From positions 1 to 64,000 of the IMG/VR virus record IMGVR_UViG_3300025707_000003: DNA of 64,000 nt; one strand, given 5' to 3'. Of this stretch, positions 26,706 through 37,300 are shown piece after piece (within the stretch, counting starts at the first letter, position 1; each line of letters begins with the position of its first letter). Both the position numbers and the translations under genes were made by a program. Below the pieces are notes generated by a model. The model searched no databases, was not told the DNA's origin, and worked only from the letters and a program-made list of their open reading frames with translations. Source of the stretch: a virus (taxonomy: Duplodnaviria; Caudoviricetes).

Positions 26706-27809
26706 ATGTCAACTCATTGTCCAGCTTGTAAGAAAGTAGTAAAGGCAAAGGGTCTACCTTTGCACATTAAGGCTTGCCCCGATTGGGATACCAAGATTGG
26801 AGTTCCCTCGTCCGAGTTCAACTTCGATGAGTATTTCCAAAGGGGTTTGTATGAACCTCAATTGATTGAGAGTGTGGACTACCTGTCTTGTAAGATTTGT
26901 GGGTATCGTAAGAAGCGTATTGCCGACCATGTGAGGAAGGTGCATGGGTATGATGCGAAAGACTATCGTGCTAAGTATAACGCACTCACTTCGATACCTA
27001 AGACAAATGAGAAGCGTAAGGCTACAGTCAAAGAACGCTATGGTGTTGAGAATGTGTTCCAAGATGAGTCTGTAAAAGAGAAGATGAAAGAGACTAATCT
27101 TAAGCGTTATGGTGTAGAACAAATCGCCCATAGTGATGAGGTTAAAGAGAAGCGTAAAGCGACCAACCTAAAGCGTTATGGTGTAGAGAATGGGTTTGCT
27201 TCGGAGATCATCAAGGAACGCATTAAAAAGACGAACCTTGAGCGTTATGGTGTAGAACACCCTAATCAATGTGCCGAGCATAGAGAACGCACTAAAGCAA
27301 CCAATCTTGAGCGTTATGGTACAGAACACTATTTACAAACTGACGAGTTCCAGGAGAAGCGTATTAATACTTGTCTTGAAAGGTATGGACTTCCTTTTGC
27401 TCCAAGTAGTGTGGCGAATAGATCGTCCGACAAACCTAACAAGCTAGAAAGCTACTTTGACTCGATTACACCAGAGAGGTTGGTCTACACAGGAAACTTT
27501 TCTTATTGGTTGAGAGAGAGCAATAGGGCAAGAAATCCCGACTTCATCTATTTGTCGGAGAGTCAGTACGAGAGTTATGTTGCTGGTATTGTTATCTTGA
27601 ATGACTTACGAGTGTATAAGGTGGTGGAGGTCTTTGGAGACTACTGGCATGGGGAATCAAAGACGGGAAAGAGCAATGAGGAGCATGAGGCAGAGGTAGT
27701 AGATTACTATGCTCGTTGTGGTGTGTCTTGCCTTGTGATTTGGGAGGGAGAGATTCGTTCAGACGAGGAGTCTGTGATTGATAGATTTGTGAGTTTCCTT
27801 ACTTCGTAG
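26706..27809 (+). mobile_element. free-standing homing endonuclease-like gene (Zn fingers, ERYGVE repeats, C-terminal PD-(D/E)XK/Vsr-like domain)
   Basis: CPAC/CKIC zinc motifs, five-six K.TNL(K/E)RYGVE repeats, RNPDF...VVEVFGDYWHG. Confidence 0.78.
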
Positions 27810-27872
27810 TAACCCCTTATTTATCATATAAAGACCGACAGGGTATGATTACGAGATATAAGGAGAAGCAAT

Positions 27873-30380
27873 ATGAGAAAAGAACAAGATGTAAATGCGT
27901 TCCTAAGAGGCATCCTCGAAAAAGAGGTCGGGGATAGCTTCACAACAATATCTGGTCGAAATTGGGCTACCGATGGAGTCTTAGATTGGGAAACACCAAG
28001 TAAGACACCTGTAAGGGTTTTACTTGAAGCTAAGTATGGCACAGACCTAACGATTGAAACTGCTCGATCAAGTGTTCTTGCTCAAGCTCTCTATTACTGC
28101 AAGAGGTTTGAGGAAAATGGGCATGATCTACCTAGCGTCATTTTCATTGGAGATGAAAAGTTTTGCTTTGTGGTGAGTTTTGAGTCTATCAAAAGTTTCT
28201 TAGACGCTAACATAGATTGGGGTAGACGACCTAGTTCACCCGATCCCGAACTAAAGGTAGCCGTTGATGTGCATCTTGAGTCTGTGTTTGAAGTAGATGG
28301 GAAGAAGCTCAAACAACTTTGTGAGCAACTATCCGAAGGGGCTATTGTTAAGGTAAAGCCTTCGGAGAAGAACATCAGTGCAATGTATCAGTATTGGGTT
28401 GATCATATCTTTCCTAAAGATCGTTATCAGCCTGTTGAGATGATCGACCTTTTCTTCGGGTGTGTGTTTTACTCAGAGGAAGATGGCAACTATGCTTATG
28501 AACACCCTTCAAAGAAAGACACCATCATCTTGGGAGGCAAAGAGTACACTCTAAACCTTTCCTCTATGCGAGCATTCTTTGAGCGTAGAGAGCGTGGTTT
28601 ATCTGCAAAAGACATTGATAAGCTATTATCTATGAGAGATCGTATCATCGAGGACGATACTCGTAGACGACAAGGTGCGTTCTATACACCTACTTTATGG
28701 GTAGATGAAGCACATTCTGAGATGGACAAAGTGCTTGGTGAAACATGGAGAGATGACTGTATCGTGTGGGATTGTTGTGCTGGTACAGGTAACTTGACTA
28801 GAGACTATGACTTTAAGAATCTTATCTTATCTACTGCTGAAGAATCAGATGTTATAGCAATGAAAAGAGAAGAATATAATTATGGGTCAGAGGTCTTTCA
28901 GTATGACTTTTTAAACCCAGAAACAGAAAGTCCATTCTTTGAGGGAACTGACAATGTATTGCCCTTATCTGTAAAGAAGATCTTAAAAGAAGGGGCAGAG
29001 AGTGGAAAGCGATTAGTATTTCTTATTAACCCTCCTTATGCTACCGCAGGTATAAACGGAAAAAAAGGAACTTCAAAAGAAGGCGTAGCTAAGACTATTG
29101 CAAATGAGGAAATGAAAAAAGCAAAATTAGGGTCTTGCTCTCAACAACTTTATACTCAGTTCTTATTTCAATGTGAGCGAGTAGCGTCTGAGTATGGATT
29201 TAAAAGTAAGAGCGTAGGCGTGTTCTCCCCCCCACTTATTATAACAAGTGGTTCTTTCTCTAAGTTCAGGCCCTACTGGTATAGCCGTTATAATTATAAG
29301 TCTGGCTTTATGTTTCAAGCGTCCCATTTCGCTGATGTGAAGGGGTCTTGGGGCGTTAGCTTTACACTGTGGAACGAGGGCAAGACTAATATAAAGCAGG
29401 ACTTGCCTGTCACTTTAAAAGACATAAAAGATGATAGTATCATTTCCCTTTCTGAAAAGTATCTTTACACTTCCGATGGCAGAGAGGCTTCAAAATGGGC
29501 TATGGCTTATACAGAAAGAGGAATTTTAGATTTACCACAACAATCTTCTGGATTGTCTTTAAGTAAAGATGGTAATTGTCGTGTGGCTTCCCCCCACCTT
29601 TGTTACATGAACAACAAGGGGAATTGTATAATGTATAACGCACAAGAGGTTTATATCACTTCTAGTGCTTGTAGTCGAAATAGGGGTTTCTCTTTAAATG
29701 CAGGTGAAAGCTGGAGACGAGCTATCGCCCTTTACTCAGCACGAAAACTCGTAAAGGGTAATTGGGTAAATGACAAAGACGAATATCTAGCTCCTCAGAC
29801 TGAGAAAGAAGGTTATGAACAATGGGTAGATGACTGCCATGTTTATGCTCTACTTCATATTTCTAACAACATGACCTCTATGAGAGATGTCGAGTACAAA
29901 GGTAAGACTCATAACATCCACAACCATTTCTTTTGGTTGACTCGTAAAGAAGCTCTTGACCTGTATGGCTCACATAAGAGTGCTAGAAGCCTTTATCGTG
30001 ATGCCAAAGCAAATCCGATTCCCTCTCACCATGAGGGTGGTCTCGTAGACGCATCAGAATGGACTAAGAATGGCGACCCTTACTTTTCCCATGTCTTACC
30101 CTCGCTTAACCTTTCACCTCTTGCTCAAGAGATCATGAGCGATCTAAACGATCTTTTTGTTGAGAGCTTTGAGCTGAGGTCTAAGACATCAAAAGTCATT
30201 GAGAAAGGTAAGGAGATTGATCTCCATCTCAACGCTTGGGATGCGGGTATCTATCAACATAAGAAAATGTGGTATACTGAGCCTACACTTAAAGCTAAGT
30301 GGGAGTCCTTAAGGGTAAAACATCAACAGCTCGCTAAAAGCCTTGAGCATGGTGTCTACACATTCGGGTTCTTAAAGTAA
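27873..30380 (+). CDS. fused restriction endonuclease/N6-adenine methyltransferase (type IIG-like)
   Basis: N-terminal TDG...LLEAK nuclease motif; motif I WDCCAGTGNL; motif IV NPPY; long C-terminal specificity region. Confidence 0.8.
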   Translation: MRKEQDVNAFLRGILEKEVGDSFTTISGRNWATDGVLDWETPSKTPVRVLLEAKYGTDLTIETARSSVLAQALYYCKRFEENGHDLPSVIFIGDEKFCFVVSFESIKSFLDANIDWGRRPSSPDPELKVAVDVHLESVFEVDGKKLKQLCEQLSEGAIVKVKPSEKNISAMYQYWVDHIFPKDRYQPVEMIDLFFGCVFYSEEDGNYAYEHPSKKDTIILGGKEYTLNLSSMRAFFERRERGLSAKDIDKLLSMRDRIIEDDTRRRQGAFYTPTLWVDEAHSEMDKVLGETWRDDCIVWDCCAGTGNLTRDYDFKNLILSTAEESDVIAMKREEYNYGSEVFQYDFLNPETESPFFEGTDNVLPLSVKKILKEGAESGKRLVFLINPPYATAGINGKKGTSKEGVAKTIANEEMKKAKLGSCSQQLYTQFLFQCERVASEYGFKSKSVGVFSPPLIITSGSFSKFRPYWYSRYNYKSGFMFQASHFADVKGSWGVSFTLWNEGKTNIKQDLPVTLKDIKDDSIISLSEKYLYTSDGREASKWAMAYTERGILDLPQQSSGLSLSKDGNCRVASPHLCYMNNKGNCIMYNAQEVYITSSACSRNRGFSLNAGESWRRAIALYSARKLVKGNWVNDKDEYLAPQTEKEGYEQWVDDCHVYALLHISNNMTSMRDVEYKGKTHNIHNHFFWLTRKEALDLYGSHKSARSLYRDAKANPIPSHHEGGLVDASEWTKNGDPYFSHVLPSLNLSPLAQEIMSDLNDLFVESFELRSKTSKVIEKGKEIDLHLNAWDAGIYQHKKMWYTEPTLKAKWESLRVKHQQLAKSLEHGVYTFGFLK

Positions 30381-30449
30381 GATTCTTATAACTGTTTTAT
30401 ACCCTTGTATTAGTAAGACAAGTCTTAATAGAAGACAAGGAGAGTTAAA

Positions 30450-31859
30450 ATGAAAAAAGACGCTTGTGTAATTGCACTCACTCATCTGAACGATAAAAAA
30501 GTAGTATTTAAGAACAGGGATCGAAACTACACCCCTAGTTTTAAGGTATTCCATGTGATTGCAGATAATGGAACAGAGATTGTGTACTTTCAAGATACAA
30601 TCTCTGGTTGGGTAGAAGGAATGAATGAATACGGCATTTGCATAACGAATGCGGCTTTAGCTGTAAACCATGATGAAAAAGAGGGTAAGAAGCGTTTACC
30701 TGGAGATCGTAATCGGTTTTCTAAAGACGCTTGGAGGTTTTTAGAGGCATTGAAATGTAAGTCTCTTTTAGAAGCTGTGGATCGTATGACGAATTACAGA
30801 AAGGGTGTGAGAGGTCATACTATAGTCACTGATCACAAAAACACTTTTATAGTGGAGATGACAAGTCAACATGAGGCAAAAGTAGAAGAGATTGTAGACA
30901 AAAACTTTGTGAGGACAAATCATGGAGCGAGACATCCCGATGCAGGTTATACACATGGGGAATCTCTTGAATCTTCAAAGCAAAGGCAAGAAAAGACCTA
31001 TAAGCTACTAGACTCTAACCTAAGATCTCCTATGGACATGATTAGAAAACTATACAAACAGAGAATCAAAGAGATAGACAACCCTTTTAATGTTGTTCGT
31101 AAAGTGGATATGTACACTAGCAATCAGATTATTTTTGAGCCTTCAAAAAAGAAGATGACGATTATTACAATTGATGAGGATGCTATTTATGAGGGGTATG
31201 AAAAGCAGTTCAAAGGCCCTGCAAAATGTAAGGTTTGCGTTAAGAAGGTGCATGAAAGCAAAGACGGTAAAGTAGTTCTTGAGAATGTAGACTTAAACCC
31301 ATTAGAGGTTAAACCAAAATCCACGCATAAAAACGCACTAAAAGTTTTTGCCTATGGGTCTTTGATGTATGAGCCGATTTCTTCAGATGACATTTGTAAT
31401 GAAGGAAAGGCTTTCATTAATGGAATCTCAAGAAATTTGAATCTGCAATCCAAGAGTAGGGGTCACCTTGTTTTTGGAACTGTACCCTACGGAAGAATGG
31501 AAGGCACTTTATATGAATACCCTATCGAGAAAACGGAAGAGATTTTAAAAGAGTTAGACAAAAGAGAAGGGTTTAATGGAACAAGTACAAGTATGTACTT
31601 GAGAAGGACTTTGACAGCTTTTACGAAGGAGAACCCTGATGGTGTTTCTTGTATTGTTTACATCACCAACGAGGAAAGCGATCAGTATCAAGGCTCTTTT
31701 GAAAAGCAAGAGATAGCAGAACTACTTTTAGAGAACCCTGACTTTGATGAATACTTCTATGGGACTAGCATCGCTTTAGACGCTATAAACGGACAGGATA
31801 AATACCTAAACAAATTGAAAGATGAACATTGGCCCAAGAAGATGGAAAAGCTCAAATAA
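30450..31859 (+). CDS. Ntn-hydrolase fused to a ChaC/GGCT-like domain, paralog 2
   Basis: MKKDA-CVIA...KNRDRNY, EGMNEYGI, RTNHG, VFAYGSLM...DKREGF; aligns by eye along the full length with 14891..16288. Confidence 0.72.
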   Translation: MKKDACVIALTHLNDKKVVFKNRDRNYTPSFKVFHVIADNGTEIVYFQDTISGWVEGMNEYGICITNAALAVNHDEKEGKKRLPGDRNRFSKDAWRFLEALKCKSLLEAVDRMTNYRKGVRGHTIVTDHKNTFIVEMTSQHEAKVEEIVDKNFVRTNHGARHPDAGYTHGESLESSKQRQEKTYKLLDSNLRSPMDMIRKLYKQRIKEIDNPFNVVRKVDMYTSNQIIFEPSKKKMTIITIDEDAIYEGYEKQFKGPAKCKVCVKKVHESKDGKVVLENVDLNPLEVKPKSTHKNALKVFAYGSLMYEPISSDDICNEGKAFINGISRNLNLQSKSRGHLVFGTVPYGRMEGTLYEYPIEKTEEILKELDKREGFNGTSTSMYLRRTLTAFTKENPDGVSCIVYITNEESDQYQGSFEKQEIAELLLENPDFDEYFYGTSIALDAINGQDKYLNKLKDEHWPKKMEKLK

Positions 31860-32190
31860 AAAATGTAAAGCTCAAATCCTTCGTAAAAGCTGTATAACTT
31901 TAAATATCTTGAAAGGAATAAGCGATGTGGTGTCTCGAAGCAATTAAGCACATGAACAAACCCAAACCTAAAAAAACAAGCAAGGAGAAATCCAAGACTG
32001 AAAAATCACAATCCAAACCGAGAGAAGATCAAACTAGTTCGAGCTAGAAAGCGATCCATAGAAGTGATTTGGTCAAGTCTTTGAGAAGAAGATCGAAGTC
32101 TATTTTAGAGAAATCCTTTAGAGTAGATTCTGGGTACCCTTGAGTTATCATGTGCGTAACCCTTTATATATAACTAGTAAGGAGGTAAAC

Positions 32191-32541
32191 ATGATTACCA
32201 CAAAGAAAAATGGAATGACAAAAATTGAGGTCGATGTTCTCGACTGCGATGAGTTCAAGTACGCATACGCAGACCAAATCCTACAGGAGTTGGGGGTGGA
32301 TCGTAGGGACGGGGTTGAGCCTTTAAGGGGTGGTGACCCTTGGTACATACAGGGGGATTTACATGGAATCCATGTCTCTGCAACCTTCAATTCCTACGAA
32401 AATCTCACCCTGAGTGTTTTCGACAAGAAAGTTTCATATAAAGATTCAATGAAAGATACTTTAAACAAATTTATTGAAACTTATAGGGAAGGGTGGAATG
32501 AACATCACCACAGTACAAGAAAAAGAGAGGGTAATGTGTGA
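32191..32541 (+). CDS. hypothetical protein
   Basis: AAGGAGG RBS; class A promoter at 32156. Confidence 0.7.
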   Translation: MITTKKNGMTKIEVDVLDCDEFKYAYADQILQELGVDRRDGVEPLRGGDPWYIQGDLHGIHVSATFNSYENLTLSVFDKKVSYKDSMKDTLNKFIETYREGWNEHHHSTRKREGNV

Positions 32542-32881
32542 ACCCTCATATTATAAATGGTGGCAGAATTGCTCCCCATCATTTAAAGATGTCTTGGAGA
32601 AAGTCTGCAAAGAATGTGGGTCGTCTGACCCCCCGACCTTTGATGACGATACCTCAACGGTGATCTCATGCACCATTCATGGAGTTGAGATTACCATTGT
32701 CAAAAACACAAACCTAAACCCGAACCTCATTAAAACAAAAATGAGGTGCAAGACTGCAAAACATGATTGGATTTCTCTTGAGGTTCAAGAGTCTAATCTT
32801 TACATCCCCTATTTCCAAACATTCCTAAGCAATCTAAGGAATGTTTGGTATCAGCAATACAGAGTCGATATAGGCGTTTAA
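32534..32881 (+). CDS. hypothetical protein (MCEPSYYKWW...)
   Basis: GAGGG RBS; overlaps the previous stop. Confidence 0.6.
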   Translation: MCEPSYYKWWQNCSPSFKDVLEKVCKECGSSDPPTFDDDTSTVISCTIHGVEITIVKNTNLNPNLIKTKMRCKTAKHDWISLEVQESNLYIPYFQTFLSNLRNVWYQQYRVDIGV

Positions 32882-33810
32882 GCCTCTTCAATGCCCTTTT
32901 GGATGGCTGTGATTACACCTTTAGTCTCAACAGCCATGATCGCTTCAAGAGTCGCTTGGTCATCACCGTACATCTCTAAAGCGATCTTAGCTCTCTTACT
33001 CCAATGCTTAGAGGTGTCCCACTCGATACCTCCTAAAAGAAATTTAATCTTAGAGTTATCTTTACCTACTGCAACAGCACCCTGTGCAGGATCAACATCT
33101 CCATCAATCGCTTGAAGGATTTGAGCGTTCTCTAGGTCTTGCTCATCTACTTCCTCATCAAGATCAAGATCAGAGAAAAGATCATCCTCTTCTGTGACCA
33201 CTGGCTCGACAGTAGCAGTCTTGGTCACAGAGGCTTGCATATTGTCGAGTTTAGAAACTTCCGAACTTGCTTGATTCCCATCAGAAATCACAGTCTTGGT
33301 GCTAGTCGCTGTCTTGAGATTGACCTTACCCACAGATTTAGCCCCTTGATACTCTGCGACACCATCACCTGCACTTGAAGCACCAGCAATTTCTGCTCCC
33401 GATTTATTCACCACCTTAGCAACAGGTCGAATGTCGTTATCTTGGTTCTCCACAACGAGAGGGAACTTCTTAGTTTTAGCAACCTTTTTTGGTTTAACCT
33501 CTGCAACAGCTCTTTCCTCATCATAGACGGTCTGAATAGGCATTGCTTTTTTAGGTGGTGCAGGTGCAGGTGCAGGTGCAACTTCTGCTACAGGATCACT
33601 CACACCCTCCTCAACAAGTGTTAGCCACCCTCGCTTAAGACCTGCCTTAAGTTCGGGCATATCTGTATTTTGTCCGTTGAACTTGAGTGAGAAGCCGTCA
33701 AAGTCAACGATGTCTCCCTCATAGATGTTCCTCTCAAGGCGACCAAGATGAATGGTTGAGTTTGCCTTGAGCTGAACGAAGGTCCCTTTTTTGAATGTAA
33801 AGTCACTCAT
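32878..33810 (-). CDS. hypothetical protein with low-complexity linker
   Basis: Class B promoter, ATGGAGA RBS; (AP)n tract and acidic tract. Confidence 0.7.
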   Translation of the reverse strand: MSDFTFKKGTFVQLKANSTIHLGRLERNIYEGDIVDFDGFSLKFNGQNTDMPELKAGLKRGWLTLVEEGVSDPVAEVAPAPAPAPPKKAMPIQTVYDEERAVAEVKPKKVAKTKKFPLVVENQDNDIRPVAKVVNKSGAEIAGASSAGDGVAEYQGAKSVGKVNLKTATSTKTVISDGNQASSEVSKLDNMQASVTKTATVEPVVTEEDDLFSDLDLDEEVDEQDLENAQILQAIDGDVDPAQGAVAVGKDNSKIKFLLGGIEWDTSKHWSKRAKIALEMYGDDQATLEAIMAVETKGVITAIQKGIEEA

Positions 33811-33924
33811 TTATTTATTCTCCATTAATGTAGATTAGGTTATTTATACTCTACCTATAAACAAACTAAAAATCGCAACCTATATTACCATGAACCCTAC
33901 AAATCTACACAAAAAGGAGTTCCC

Positions 33925-34392
33925 ATGTTTCTTTTATACGCTATACTATCCTACCTCCTCTGGGCATACATACACGAGTACGCTCACCTGCTAACCGCTA
34001 AAAAACTCGTAGGAGTCAAGTCTTACTCCATGAAGATCTATCCTCATACCCATCCTCGACTTGGACTTGTGTTCGCCTCTGTCAGTTATGAGTTTGAAAA
34101 AACCATGACCAAAGCTGAAAAAACTAAGATCTCTTTCGCTCCACGAATCCCAGACGCAATCGCTCTTTTCCTGTTCCCCTTCACTTATAACTTAGATCTC
34201 TTTTGGATCATATTAGTTGGAGGGGGTTTGGTCGATACCATAAGAGGTTCGTTTATCTTTAGCCCTACAAGCGACATCAAGAGATATTGTGATGGTTGGG
34301 GTTTACATTACCCCTACATCAGAACAGTCCAGTTATCGCTTGTAGGATTAAGTCTCTCTCTCTTTATTCTCCTTAGAGGATTACAAAGTTGA
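33925..34392 (+). CDS. membrane zinc metalloprotease-like protein (HExxH)
   Basis: YIHEYAH after an N-terminal transmembrane segment; further hydrophobic segments. Confidence 0.6.
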   Translation: MFLLYAILSYLLWAYIHEYAHLLTAKKLVGVKSYSMKIYPHTHPRLGLVFASVSYEFEKTMTKAEKTKISFAPRIPDAIALFLFPFTYNLDLFWIILVGGGLVDTIRGSFIFSPTSDIKRYCDGWGLHYPYIRTVQLSLVGLSLSLFILLRGLQS

Positions 34393-37300
34393 TAACAAGA
34401 GTTGCATCTGCGGAAAGTTCTCCACCTGTACGATTTACAGCACAAAACTTAAAGCTAGTTGCATTAACGATAGTGTGTGCATAAACCTCAACATTCTTGT
34501 CTTGGCAAGTAGCGAGGATTACGCTTGTGGATAATGCAGAGGTATTATTCACAAGAAAATCGATTGAGTGTGCGTCATCTGCAATTGCAGTGTCTATTGT
34601 TGCTGTCACTTGGAAAGACTTAGTGTTGGTAGCAAGTAATGGGTTGTTACTTGCTCCTTCATCTCCTGTAAGCCCTGTAGTTTTAGTGATTGTAAGACTA
34701 CCCGAATCAATGGTGACTTCTTGATCGTCCTCAATAGTCATAGCAAGAGTTCGAGCGTTTTCTACTGACGCTCCACCATCGGCTGATCCACCTGTCTTAA
34801 ACTCAATCGCACCACCTGTGGCATTACCTGTGGAAGCACCACCACTGATCGTAAGAGTAGTACCTGCGGTATTATCTGCACCAAGAGCAGAACCACCACG
34901 AAGCGTTCCGAGATCCACAGTAGAAAGATCTCCATCAGGAACAGCATAAGTATCCGCTGGCTCTGCTACAGATGCTCTACCATGAAAAACCTTAAAGACA
35001 CCACCCTTACCACCTGCGGTGTCTGCGGTTTCATAAACCATACCCATTAAGTAGTCGGCAGAGTTTGTATCTCCATACGCACCCACAAAACCAACATCTC
35101 TATCATCAGCCGTACTCTGATAACCAAGATAAACAGTTGGGTCTTTAAAGAGCAAGGAGGTCGAGACCGCACTGCTATTTTGAATCACACCTGAGACAGT
35201 TAAGTTCCCAACTATAGCTGTTGTAGCTTCGGTTATGGTAAGAGTAGCGTTATCTGTATTAACGATGGTCGCACCACTACCGAAGTCTAAAGTATTACCT
35301 GTTACTGTAAGATCTCCTGCTGTGATTACAGTCGAACCTGTGTGTCCACCAAGAGTCATTGAGTGGGTATTTCCTACAGAAGCACCGAGAATAGTTCCGT
35401 TTGAGAAGTCAATGTCTCCAGCGAAGGTTGCTTTCTTTAAATGAGTTAGAGTGAGGACAGGAGCAAGAACCGCACCATTCGCACCCGCTGTCTGAAGAAC
35501 AAGATCACCACCATCGCCTGTACCAACACCTCTACCAGAAGATAAGGTAAGAGTAGCTCCATCTGTGTTCCCTGCGGTTTGAGTTGGAGCTTTAATGGTC
35601 GTTGCAGTCGAAGTACCCACCCCTAATACGATGTCATTCCCACCAACAGTAAGATCACCCGCAACAGTAAGCATTTCATCAGTGTCCATAGTAAGAGTAG
35701 TAGTACCCTCACTATTTTGAATGATGTTATTGTTGATTCTGAGATCACCCGAAAGAATCGTAGTGGTTGCAGTTAGAGTGGTTGAAAACCCTGCTCCTGC
35801 AAAGGTAATGACAGTATCTGCATTCGCATTTTTAATATCATTTCCACCAACTTGAAGATCAGCAGAGGTCTTAACAATGTCTTCTGTTAAGAGTAGTGTA
35901 CCTGCTGTAGTTGAGTCGATGATTGAACCTTCAGTTAGGTTGATCTTACCACCAAGTACCGTAACATCACCTGCAAAGGAGGCATTTGATGAAGTTGCAG
36001 TGTCATGTGAGGTTAAAGTGAGAACACCTTGATAACTAGCATCGCCTGTCTTCTGACCACTGATGGTAAGAGTACGAGTACCCTCATCTGATCCTGTGAT
36101 CGTCCAACTATCACCATTCGCAGTACCCAAAGAGGACTGAATGTTGATCACTGCATTTGTAGCGTCTGCCGCTTTGACTGTAAGATCACCACCATTAATA
36201 TTAGCATCACCTGCAATAGTGAGGACACCTGCTTCATCAATAGAAGCGATTTCTGCGTCTAATCCATTCTGGAAAGTGAACTTATTATCGCCATCGGCAT
36301 TCTCGTCCACCCTAAAGAGAATGTCCCCATCTGAGTGGAACGCTAATGTCGGACTTGCAATTTTACCATTGGTAAGAGTGAGATTACCAATGGTAGTGCC
36401 TGTAAAGAAAGAGGAAGCTACTGTGGTGTCAGTGATACCACCTACTGATACTACTGCACCCCCAGTGCTAACAGTAAAGTTTTGTGTTCCAATCGCAGTA
36501 CCCACAGAGAAGTTGGTGTTTGAATGAAATTTACCACCATCTACAGTGAATGAATCTGCCGAATCATCCCACTTCAAGTAAGCGTCAGTGCCATTATCTC
36601 CACCCTTTACAAACAAGAGACTGACATCTGTGTTCGCTCCACCTTTCGCCACATCAGTGCGATCAGAATTGAAGATGATAGCGTTTCCGTCAGTGGGTGC
36701 TGACTTGACCTTAAGCGTATCGTCTAAGGTAGAAATACCTGTGACACCCAAAGTGGTCGTGATAACAGTCGCACCCGTATTTGATACGGTGAAGACAGAA
36801 GCATTAACATCAATACCACCATTAAGGTCTGCAAGACCACTGACTCCAAGAGTACCTGTAATGTCGAGGTCATAAGCAGGAGCGGCAGTCTTGATACCAA
36901 CTCGATCATTACTCGCTTGAGCAAAGATCAAGTTAGCATTGCCATCACCCTCAACCCTAAAGTCGATGTCCACACCACCTTGATTGAACACAACCTCTTC
37001 TGTGGTATTTGTAGTGACGAAGGTGAGGTAAGATTGAGTACCGTTAGCCTTAACATCTCCTTTGACTTCAAGAGATGTCGCTTCATTATCAGTGAGGTTA
37101 ATATCGAGGTCAGAACCTGCGATACTTGAAACACCACTGATCGCACCTGCTAGCGTGATACCACCACCAGAAGCGTCCAAAGAATCAACTGTAGTCGCAC
37201 CGAAGTCACAAACACCTGTTGTTGTTAAAGTGTCATTACCAAAGGTAATCGCATCAGTACCAGAGGCGATTGATCCATTATTGATAGTGAAGTTAGCAAT

